This document shows, piece by piece, positions 1 through 12,689 of a stretch of DNA of 64,000 bases. Position numbers and translations under genes: made by a program. How positions within the stretch are numbered: the first letter of the stretch is position 1; the number at the start of each line of letters is the position of its first letter. The DNA comes from Diplonema japonicum (taxonomy: Eukaryota > Protista > Euglenozoa: Diplonemea). The notes beneath the pieces were generated by a model that saw only the letters and a program-made list of their open reading frames with translations, made no database searches and was not told the origin of the DNA. The DNA lies in assembly GCA_964019335.1 (NCBI GenBank), contig OZ025673.1, forward strand, positions 372,001 to 436,000. The letters run 5' to 3'.

Positions 1-733
1 TTTCTTTTATTTCTTTTTTGTGGGATTACTTTGTTTACCGTGTTTTTTTTATTTTTGCCGTTTTTTTTTCCCCCCTCAAAAAAGAAAGAAAAGAAAAGAA
101 AAAAAGATAAAAGGGACAAGAGTGAGAAGGGAGATGAGAAGTGGAGAAGAAAAGTCGGTTTTTTCTCCCCTCCTCTCTATCTCCCCTTCTACCCTCTTTC
201 TTTTTTTTTTTTTAATACGATTCGTTCCATTTTGTGTGATTCCTTTTTATTTTTTTAGTTTAATTGACACAAAAGAATGGGGGGTCCACAGAGATAATGT
301 GGAATGGTGAAGTGGTTAACGATCTTTTTCCTTCCCTTTCATCAGGTTTACTTATTTATTTTTTTTCCTGTCATTTCCCGCCTCTTTTTCGGCGTACGCA
401 AAAAAAAAGAAGAAAAAAAAAACCCCCCCGACAGAATAAAAGGAAAAAAAAAAAAAAATATAAGTGTTAAAGGAGGCCGGTATTGGCGGCGCCCTGCACA
501 AGAACTGTCTACTAAAATAAAAAAAAATAGGGGAAACCAAAAAAAAAAAAAAAACCTTGTTGTACAAAGGGAGGGAGTATTCGCTTTTTTTTTTTTTTTT
601 TTTTTTAAATATTAATCTTAACTAAGAGTTAATAGTGGGGAGGGGGGATTGTTATGTTGCGTTATTCCTTTTGCCAATAAAAAAAAAAATATCCTTCCAA
701 AAAGCATGTTACGGAGATATAGACAAAAAAAAA

Positions 734-1493
734 ATAACTATTTATTTAGTGAAAATAAGATCGTATGATTTTCACGCGTGGTGGCAGTGGTTTAACGAGT
801 GGGTATATGACTTCACGAGCGAAGCGAGTGCAGTCATGAATGTCTACTTCACGAGCGAAGCGAGTGAAGTAACATCAACGAGTTAAACATGCCACCACAA
901 GTGAAAATCGGATCTATTTTCACTAAATCCGTTGTTTTATTTAACGTCAGTCAGATTTGAAAGGGTGGGGTATTACAGGTTACAAGTTACAAGTTAAATT
1001 TTTACTGGGGGTGCTTATGGTTGATATTGATTGTCAAGGCATATCCTGTGTGGTGCGGGCTGTGCGTCCATGAGTGCTGACAGGACCTGTGAGGCTGCTG
1101 CCTGGGTTGCTGAGGTTGCCCCACTAGCAGCTGTCACCGCTGCTGGCTTGCCAAGCCCACCTCTCTCCCCTTCTGTTGAGAGAGGCGACCAGATCCTTGA
1201 GTGACGTAAAAAGTGAGATTCCCAGATTCGAACCGGGGTTGCCAAAACAAGAGGCCTGTGTGGTAACCACTTAGGTGATTTCTTTTCCGTGTTTGCGCCC
1301 CCAACCCCTTGCTGTGCAGTGAAAATAGGGCAAGCGTGAATATAAAGTACTTTATATTCACTCATAAAGTAATTTTCATTTCTGCCCCTGTTTTCTTCCT
1401 AAAACAAGCCTGAAATCTGCAATGAAAATAAAGTGAAGCGTGAAATAATGTGAAATATTATATTCACTCCCACCCTTGAAAATCTGACTGGAG

Positions 1494-1497
<4 letters not shown>
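734..1497 (-). mobile_element. Non-autonomous palindromic DNA element, Crypton-like (element 1)
   Basis: Imperfect hairpin 744-928 enclosing two ACTTCACGAGCGAAGCGAGTG copies (810-830, 846-866). Inverted repeat 948-969/1469-1490. Perfect 26-bp palindrome 1336-1361. ATAACT/AGTTAT ends. Same layout and terminus as the element at 38057-38883. Confidence 0.65.
1214..1285 (-). pseudogene. Degenerate tRNA-like sequence (Pol III A/B boxes) inside element 1
   Basis: Minus strand has an A-box-like TAAGTGGTTA, an intact T arm CCCGG-TTCGAAT-CTGGG and a TTTTT terminator just downstream. Acceptor and D stems do not pair. Confidence 0.55.
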
Positions 1498-1544
<47 letters not shown>

Positions 1545-1825
1545 AAAGAAACACCAACAATACGAGAAATATTCTAAAGAGAAAAAAAAATGGGGAGTGG
1601 GGTGTAGTTAAAAAAAAGAAGAAGAAAAAAAAAAAAAAAAGAGACATTTAAGGGTACCTGCGGTATGTGGCAGGACGCCTGAAAAAAGAAAAAAAAAAAC
1701 ACTTCCCCACTGCTAAGTGGGGGCGTATTTGGCAACTTTTAGGTGCATTGGATATCGCAGAAAACTAATAATAGACTTGCCAGGGGGAGAAGGAAAAAGA
1801 AGAAGAAAAAAAAGATGGTAGGAAT

Positions 1826-2030
1826 GTTGACTCGTGATTCCACCAATATTTACAATAAAAAAGGGGAGAAAAATACTTTTTAGAGACCAAAAACTTGCGT
1901 CTTGCTCCTTAAGGGGGTTCTGCTCTTTCCCGCAAGCGAATGGCATAGAAATATGATGTTAGACCTTTAAGATTGGGAAGGGTTTTTGGTCTTTAAAAAT
2001 ACTTCTCTCAAAGTGGAATCATTATCAGTT
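1826..2030. repeat. Degraded long inverted repeat, probable relic element end
   Basis: Arms TGATTCCAC/GTGGAATCA and TTTTAGAGACCAAAAAC/GTTTTTGGTCTTTAAAA around a central CGCAAGCG mini-hairpin. Confidence 0.5.
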
Positions 2031-2663
2031 AAGGTCTGAATCTGTTTCCCTTTTTTTTTCTTTTTTTTTTTCTCCTTTTTTTTTTCTTTTTCACGTTTTT
2101 GCTCAAATACCCAAGATGTGTCCCCCTTTTTTCCCCCCTCCCCCGTCTCTATTTTCTTTTTTTAAAAGTGTAAAAAAAAGGGGGGGGGAGAGGAGCTTTG
2201 GACACAAGGGGAGCGAAGGGTACCCTTCTCTTTTAGCCAATAGAACTTTTTAAAGAAAAAAGAAAAAAGCGTGTAAAAATATGGGGAGGGGAGAAGGTGA
2301 AAAGGGAGGGGGAAAACTTAAGGGGGGGAAACTATCTAAGGGGATAAAAATATAAAAAAACATTTTTTTTTCTTTTTTTTTTTTTTTTTTTCCTTTTCAT
2401 TTTACTTAAACACCACCTTCCTTCTCTGAGTTTTTCTTTTGGTGGGTTTGAAAAGAGAAGAAAAAAAAAGAGAAAAAAAAAGTACGATTAGAACTGAAAA
2501 AGAAAAATAGAAATGGAAGTGGAGGTGGAGCAGGGGGAAATCAAAAAGAAAAGGAAGAAAAAGAAAAGCATCCGTATTTGTAAAATGGATGCGAAGCAAC
2601 TGGGCTGGGGGAGACCTGACATGAATCTCCAAGAAGTGGCTTACCTTGTTCGAGATTCCTTTC

Positions 2664-2707
<44 letters not shown>

Positions 2708-3301
2708 ACATTTAAGGGTACCTGCGGTATGTGGCAGGACGCCTGAAGAGTCTCAATCTATCTCTTCTTGATCGAACTTTTCTGCTGTGGTGTGGCCTTC
2801 GGCCCCTCGTTCACCCTCCTCGGTACCTTAGGTATAAAACCCTCAACCGAGTTGTACAGTTGTTTCTCAAGGATGTGGCGGGTCACCAAAAAAAAAAAAA
2901 AAAAAAGTTTCTCTCGGAAACTTAGCATTTCCTTCCGTTATCACCAAACTGGGAGAGGGAGGAGTAAAGCCTTTTCTTTTTTTTCTTCTTTTTTTTTTTA
3001 ACTAAAAAATGTCATTTTTTCAGCTAATAATAATTTTGCCATCGAAAAATTGTGCTTCGCCCCTTTACAAAATATGGATGTGGGATCTAAAAAGTCTAAA
3101 AAAGAAATAGAAATAAAATAAGATACACAAGAAATAAATACGAACACCACACCTCTAAAGCCTGTCTGGCGACCCTTCCGTTAAAAAGACATAAAAAAAT
3201 AAAACTTCAAAACAAAGGCTGCATTTTGAAAATGTCTCAAAAGTTCAAAATTGACCACTACAGGTTTTATAGATGCGGGGCGTTAAAAAAAAAAAAAACC
3301 T

Positions 3302-5021
<1,720 letters not shown>

Positions 5022-6464
5022 TTTTCTTTTTTTTTTTTTATAAAAAAAAAATCACGTCGGTACCGGGGGGGGGGGGCAAGAAAAAAAATAATTTGAAGAA
5101 AAAAAAGGGGGGGAAGGGAGGTTTTTTCATACGAAGAAACAAAAAAGAGAGGGGAAGGGGGGGGGAAAAAAAGAAGAAAAAAGAGGTTATAAAAATACAC
5201 AAGGGGGTAGGAGACGTTAACAGTAACATTTTCTTTTTTTTAAATGGGGGGGAATGGTGGAACGTGAAAAAAGGGGGTGGGTGGGTGGGGGGTGCAACTC
5301 TCGGCGACATAATATTTCACGAAACTCTTGGTACGTAAGCCACAGTCCAAAAAAGGGGTTCGCAAATGTAGCCGAGAAAGTTCAAAGGGAAAAGGGGGAC
5401 AAACGAAGAAAATGAAAGAACAGAGTTGGTAGATCCCCCCCTCTCCCCTCATTTCCTAATTCCCCTCAAACTTTTGTGCCACCCTCTTGTCTTGAAAAGC
5501 TAAGGAATGACGAACTATATAAAAAAAAAAAAAAAACCAAAAAAAAAAAATTCACTTGGACTGGGTGGTGTATAAAGAACTAGCTTTTAGTGGAGAAACT
5601 GCAGCATGTGGCACTTTCGTGCCCCATACCTTGTGAAAAAAAAACCCCCTCTTTTTTTAAAGAGAAAAAAAAAGAGAGAGAGAGAGAGAAAAAAAGAAAA
5701 CTGAAATCATCAGCCCTGCTTTACTATACCTTTTCTCATTTTTTCCCTCCTTTAAAAAAAAAGGGGGGGGGAAAGGCAAAAAAAAAGGGGGAAGCAGCAC
5801 AAATGGTTTTTTTTTTTTTTTTTTTTTTTCCCCGAATAAAAAGGGGGGGGGTGGGGTGGGGTGGAAGAAACGAGAAACCATTGTTAAGTGTACTACAAAA
5901 AAAAAGAACTTTTTAAACCAAAATAAAAAAAAAGGGGGTATTACAATTAAGTTTTAAGTACAGCATTTTGAACTAAAATATGGGCATTTCTGCTGTAAAA
6001 AATTAGGCAGGAAAAAGTGTTAGAAAATCGGGGAGGGTGGTTTTTCTGTATGACATTTACCGAACTTAAATAAAACTACTTTGTCCACGCCAATATTCAT
6101 GCGAATAAATAGCTCTTTCTTTAACCCTCTTGATCCAAATTCCTCGACAATGTCAAGTCATAACATTCTGTACCCCCCCCCCCCCTTTATTTCCTCTGTA
6201 TATTTTTTGTTCGCTTTTTTTATTTTTTTGTTTTTCAGAACATTCCTTTCCCTTTCTCCAAAATCTTTCTTTTCAGGATCGTGCCCCCCCCTCCCATGAC
6301 GTTTCACACCTATTTTCCTGTCTTTTTAAATTTCTTTTCCAACATTTTATATTTTTCTTTTTTTCCCCCTCCTGTACCGTTCTTGTCAGACACCAGAAGA
6401 AAGCTGGAATGCTTTGAGAAGGGTGGCTGAAAAGAAATGACTACTAAAGAAGGGGAAATTGATG

Positions 6465-6499
<35 letters not shown>

Positions 6500-6609
6500 G
6501 ATAAAATTTCAGTGTGCATGGGGGTGCTCACTGTCCAGGAAGAAATTCACACCAAAGACAATGGAAAAACATGTTGTGGGAATGGCCAAAAAAAAGAAGG
6601 GGGGGGCAT

Positions 6610-6810
6610 ATGATACTCGAGAGGGCGTTCAGGAACAGGGGCATCGACTTCTCTGCGAACACTGTGGGCGAGCTCTTCATCAAGGCTGACCAGCCCAGAG
6701 AGGGCCGCATCGACCTCAACAAGTGGCACATCTTCGCTCAAGTGTACCCGAACACCGTCGATGCTGTGTACTACAGAGGCAGGGACATACGTGACGGGGA
6801 AAGGGTCTGA
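6610..6810 (+). pseudogene. EF-hand-like coding fragment, probable pseudogene
   Basis: LFIKADQPREGRIDLNKW resembles an EF-hand loop. Flanks are broken by stops and homopolymers. It is the only plus-strand host-gene-like remnant. Confidence 0.45.
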
Positions 6811-7416
6811 CAAGTGCTTCAAAAAAAAAAAAAAAAAAAAAAGAAAAATTATCAACTGAGAAGTTTTTTTTTTTTATTTGTTCAGAAAAAAAGGAAGAGA
6901 GAAAAAAAAATGCGTGTGCAGTAAGACAAAAGAAAAAAAAGAATGACAATAAAAAAAAAAAAAAAAAAAAAAAAAAACATGTTACAAGGCATTTGGGGGC
7001 ACGAGGGGGGAAAATGGGGATGAAAGAAATTTAATTTTGAACTGGAATGACAAAAAAAAAAAAAACACTTTTTTTTTTTTTAAAAAACTTGAATTCTGTT
7101 TACAAAGAGTGCTTTTTCTTTTTTTTTTCCTTCTTTTTTTTCTCCCTCCTCACTCCCCTCCTCTTTTTTTTCCTTTTTTTTTTTTTTTTTTTACTTTCTT
7201 TCTTGATAATAAGGAAAAAGAAAAGAAAAAAAAACGGGAGAGCAAAGAAAAAAAAAGGGGGGGGGGAAGAAAAAAGGCGATGTTTCAGGGCCAAAACCCA
7301 CTTGAGGATCACACCCTTTAAAAAAAAAAAAAAAAAAAAAAAACGGGGAAAAAGTACACTTACAAAATACAAACTGACTTTTTTTTTTTTAATTTTTTTT
7401 TTTTAAATTTTTTTTT

Positions 7417-9749
7417 TTACGAACTAACCCACCTTGAACTGAACTTTAAATCGCTGTCCTCATCACAGCCGTCGAGCACCCAAGAGGTTTTGACAGTAGA
7501 CCACTCCATGTTACCTCCCCACATAGTACCCTTTATATGAAAAAAAAGATTTCCCCCCCCCCCTACTTTTTTCCCATTCATACCGTTTCACTCCATTTTT
7601 TAAAGAGCGAAATAACCTCGTTCGCCCGTTCTTCAGGATCAACGTCCTCATCGACCGCGATCTCGCCCATCCACACGTCAAGGACCCGCAACTCCCCCCG
7701 TAGTTTGATGAAAACAGCAATTGACGCCTCGGCAGTTTCCTGAAACGTAAAGTAGTCATCTTCATCAAGCCCGTTCTCATGATACGAGTCGTTCAAAATA
7801 AATCCATCACCAGAATCTTTCAATGTATACATGTCTTTGATGTTCAGCTGTTCCATTAGGTATCTTGTGGAAGAATGGGATTCGGATCGGCACTGCGATC
7901 GTTCTTGTTCGTATGTTGGTGCGAGGCACACGGTGTTTCGCTGTTCCAACCATTCATGCCATTTCATAGCCATGCTTTTATCTTCATATATATCATAACA
8001 GCTTTGGGTGTTTGGGGATCCATGGCACCCTGCTGTTGTTAAACATTTCAAAAGATCGTCAGTTTCGCTGCCTTGTTCCACCAAAATAGGCGACTCAACA
8101 ACTCCAGGCGGCCATCTCAATTGAGATGAACAGTCCGGGCTTGTTCGCATTCCGTACAACGCCACTTCCGGTGCAAGGGATACCGCCACATCGTGATATA
8201 CAGTGGGGCATCGCGCGCCTTTCCAAATCCAGATTTTCTTTTCTCTCCACTGGAGGATGACGTAAGCCGTTCTGCTGTCCATGGGAATCCCATCGTTGAA
8301 CTTCTCAAGCGCCAGGACAGGAGGTAGTACTGACTCGTCGCCAAACGGTGCGAGACGGTACACAATGACCTCTCCGGGTTTCATTAAATGATTCTTCCAT
8401 TCCATCAACCTGAATGCAAACCCTGCGTTGGGTCTTGCTACGTCTCTGCCCTCCTTGACTTTCTCCATGGCCTCTTCCGGTGTGAGGAGGTACCTCCACA
8501 TGAGATAGCACGCGATCAATGTGCAGCTTCGCGACACGCCTTGATGGCAGTGAACCAACATTTTCCCGTCGGGCTTTTTCCTGCTTCGTTCGATGGCAGC
8601 GACGCAGTGGGGGAAGTAGTTGAAGATATTTTCGGATGGAGAGTCTCTCATGCGGATTGCGTAGTAGTTGAAGTACTCCTTGTACTTGCACGGGATGATC
8701 ATCTCCGCAGTGTTGATGATGTCTGTGAGGCCTGTTGTGAGGAGGATGTCGAGGTTCTCTGCAGGGTGCTGCCCGGACACGAACAGATGCGGAAGGATCT
8801 CGCTGCATTTTTTAGACGCGTCGCGCATTTTTTGTTCCCGAGCATCGTGGAGCTGTTTCTCGTCAGGTGCCGTATCTTCAACGGGGGGGCCTCGTCTCAC
8901 CATCGGAGGGGATTCTTCTTCCTCTTCCTTTTCACGCGTTGGGAGCGCCATGCTCGGCATGACAGGTTTCATTGTTAATTTCTGGGGCAACGCGAAGCCT
9001 TTCATCGGCGGCGGTGCTGACCACGATTCGTTTTCCTTGGCAGGCTCGTCCTCTGCTGATGACACAACAGAGGACGTACTACTGTTGCTTCGTGTCGTGC
9101 TTGTGTTTAAATTGTCAGTTGTTGCTTCTAAATCGTGATGGTGTTGATGTTGATGGGAGTTGCTAATCGCACCAAGCTGCATTGAATGCAACATATGAAC
9201 AATAGGTGAGGACAGTGCAGGGGGACCTGTCTTTACGGTGCTGGAGAACAACGGGGATGGGATGGGGACGGGATGGCCTATGGAGAAGAGTGTCTCTCCC
9301 ATTTCTGTGTCGTTCGACAGCCGTTTTTCAAGCTCCAAAGCCTTTTTCAAAACCTTTGCTTTCGCGAGGGATGAAGACTGTTTTCCGTACATGGCGTAGA
9401 CAGTCTTTGTGACGGGTCCCGCTCGCAGTTCTGTGAACGGGAATTTTACCCCTCTTGGTGTGAACACATGTCCCATTGCGCCTGTGACTTCATTCACTAC
9501 TCCGTCCGGTAGCGTCTCTCCGCTGTGCTTTAAAACTAATATCAGGTAGGTACTGTACTGGTCGAGGTCGATGCCTGTGTTTGTTAGATCAACCTCAGAG
9601 CAGGCCACCCGATACTTCCCGCTGAACTTCCACGCCTTCACGTTGCACCCCATCCCGCGCCGTGTGCCCCCCCCTGTCGCAGGGATTCCTCCTTCCGTTA
9701 TCGCATCTAGCTCTTGTAGTTTACAGTCGGCTGTAACACTATTTCCCAT
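7417..9749 (-). CDS. Dual-specificity phosphatase with gelsolin/villin-like region (plant MKP1-like architecture), 2 exons
   Basis: Catalytic VHCHQGVSRS and ARPNAGF motifs, followed by DSRTAY...IWIWKG. Intron 7531-7583 adds the last exon. MGNSVT is a possible myristoylation site. Confidence 0.88.
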
Positions 9750-10030
9750 CACCCCCCCCGGTTTCCCCCCCCTCTTTTTTTACCCCCCCTTTTTTTCTTT
9801 ACCTCCTTTAATTCTGTTTTTTTTTCTTCTTGGAACATTGCGTTCAAAAAAGGAAACAAAAAAAAGCGTACGGGTCGGGGGAAAAGGGAGATTTTTTTTT
9901 TTAAACGGAGGGGTTACAACATAGGGAAGGGGTGGTGGAGGGTACTAAAAAAAAAAAAAAACGGAAGGATGTAAAAGAAGAATAATCTGACACACACGAT
10001 ATTGATCTTCTTCCTTCCCCCTTCATGTGT

Positions 10031-11031
10031 TCACCTCAAGAGCGAATTGATAGGGGGCCGAGCACGGCGCACGGAGGCTATGCGGCGGTGTTTCACAGGA
10101 GAAGGAGGCCTGGCTGCGGGGGAAGGGGAAGGCCGCGCTACAGGGGAAGGGGAAGGTCGCACTGCAGGGGAAGACCCCCTCCGTACAGGGGTGCTACTGT
10201 ACTCAGCAATAATAGGCCGTTCATTGAAATGCGACGCGGTTGAGTGCATGGAAGGGGACCGCGTACGGATGGAAGAAGAAGACCTACCCCTTCTAGGCGT
10301 GGAGGGCCGGACCTGGGACTCCCTAGAGATGGACCCAGGAGGGTAGATCCCGGTGCTGGACCCAGCTGCCGACCTACGAGAAGGCTTAGGCCTTTGCAGC
10401 GAAGAAGAGAGAAAAGCAAGCGGCTCAGTGGGAAACGCACTATCTGGTACAATAGTGGGCTGGGACACCTTCAGCCTGACATATGCATCGGCAGCTCGGC
10501 GCCTCTTAGCCTCCGTCACGTCGTCTGCGAAGGAGACCTCTTTGATGAAGTGTTTCATTTGTTCGATCGCGGGTTGCTCTGCTTCGAAAGCTTCGATTCT
10601 TTTGTTTAGTTTCTCCGTTTCGATCTCCATCCTCGCCCTTTCCTGTTCACCTCTCTCCACTTCGTCGTACTTCTTGCGCAGACTCGCGCTCTCCGATTTA
10701 AGCAACTCCTTCGTCTTCCCCATTTCCCCCTCCATGCCTTGTATCGTGGCACGCAATGCATCCATCTCTTCCTCGTCCCTTTTCATCTTGTTCTTCGCTG
10801 CTGTATACAGCTCTGTGTACGTCTTTAGTTCATTTTGGAGCTGTTGGTTTTTCGCCGCTGCGTTTTGTGCTTCCTCCTCTGCCCGCGACGCTCTTAGCTC
10901 CAAGCGGGTTACCTCTACTTCCAATGTTTGGGCGCGTTCCTGGGCACCGTCAAGCTCTTTTTTTATGGTCTTTTCCCGTTCCTCCGCTTCCTCCGCCTGT
11001 TCGATCAGCTTCAATGCCTGTTTTTATGTGT

Positions 11032-11075
<44 letters not shown>

Positions 11076-12112
11076 TGCCGCACCTCTTGCCTCAACGTAT
11101 CGTTTTCCTCGTCCAGTGTTGCCACCTGCTTCTTCAGCTCCTCCGTGTCTTTGGCGTGTTCCGCTTGCATCTTCTCGTTTTCCCCTTGCAGCTCATCTAC
11201 CTCCTCGACCAGCTCCTGCATTCTCGTCAAGGCCTCTGCTTCTGCTCTCTTGGACACCCTGATCTGCTGCTCGGCAGAACGCTCCGCTTCGCTCGGCCAC
11301 TGCCTTGGCCCGCCATGTTCAGCCGGCAATGGTGAGGCTTCGTAGGTGTGCTCCAATGACGTGCACCGCGAGACGGGGCTCTTCGCTGCTGCCCAGCCCT
11401 GTATGGGTGTCACGTAGTTGGAAGACAGCTCCGACTGTGCCATGCTGAGAGGGTCACGCCCCTTGAAGGTGAAGGAAGGAGACAGCGCGCTGGTGTCAAC
11501 CGTGATGGTTGCGTTGGGTGTTGCGGAGGCGAGTGCTGTTTCTTGACTACCTTCCTTGGCGTTGAGAAGGGTCGGGAACGGCGGGCTGCTTGAGGGAAGT
11601 TCGGGGAGAGGGAAAGCCGGCAAGGACACCGATCGGTTTCTTGAGGCAGCTCCTCCTAGAATGCTCCTCGGCGAGACCTTCTTAGGAGATGGTGAGTGCG
11701 ATTGTGTAGATAATATTGCCGTCGTTGTAGTTGTATCAACCTGCCTCGGCCTGTGCTCCGTCGCTACGTGTCGGGTCTGGGGATGAGTGTATTCAACACG
11801 GGTGTCGCTGTATCCCACGCTCGTGTTTTCTGGTGTTACATCAACGAATTCAGTGTACTTTGGGGGGGGTATGACAGGGGGTTCGAACAGGTTATCCTCT
11901 TTCTCAAGCATAACCTGCCCCACACTGCAGGACAGCGTCCTCTTGCCAGCACTTGATTCGTGATCTTTATGTTTTCTCTTCAGTCTCTGTTCCCATCCGG
12001 TAATCTTGGCCTGCTCGTGTTTCATGCACAGGTCCAGCACCTCCATCTGTTCATTTGATGATAAAATTTGCAGCTCCAGTTTTTTATACTCCTGATCGCT
12101 CTCGCTATCCAT
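10031..12112 (-). CDS. Coiled-coil protein of unknown function, 2 exons
   Basis: Two ORFs joined in frame by the poly(A)-filled GT-AG intron 11018-11083 (LRQE|ALKL). Confidence 0.8.
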
Positions 12113-12689
12113 CTTTGCCTGTAACAGGGATGGCAAAGCACGTATAAAAGAAAAAAACTTTGAGAAAAATCTCTGAATATAGGCGATTTTTTCCCCCATT
12201 TTTTTTATTTTTTTTTTCTCATCCAAATCCACAGTTTTGCCCCGTAAACCAGTCAAAAAAGTCAACAAAAAAAAAAAAAGTAAAAGTCAAACTTGTGTGT
12301 AAAGTAAAACTGTGAATTCGAAGAGAAAAAAAAAAAGAACAAGAAAAAAAAAAAGCATCGCCTATTCAGAGGTATTCTCAATGTAAATGTAGTCTGTCAA
12401 CAACTTGCACAGCGTGCAGCGGCAGGCCTCCATGGCATCCCTGCTGGCGCATTGCAAGAGGGAGGGGAAAATATCTAAATTAGAAACAAAATAATTAACC
12501 GTACATATTGTTCGAACCCGTGCGGCAGGACAACACACACATCCTGCTGCCACGGTAATGATAAGTAGTGGGGTCTCAGACCCCTCTAAAATAACTAAAA
12601 TCTAACTACTAGCAGTCCACGCTTTCGCCACCACCCAACAATAGCGTGCCTTCCAGCTGTTGAGCTACGGTTCGACCACATGCCGGCAC

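Noticed and set aside
10353-11345. Long plus-strand ORFs such as this 330-aa one and 34037-34813
   Set aside because: Antisense shadows of real minus-strand genes.
12505-12525. GTTCGAACCC B-box-like motif
   Set aside because: No A box, T stem or cloverleaf around it.
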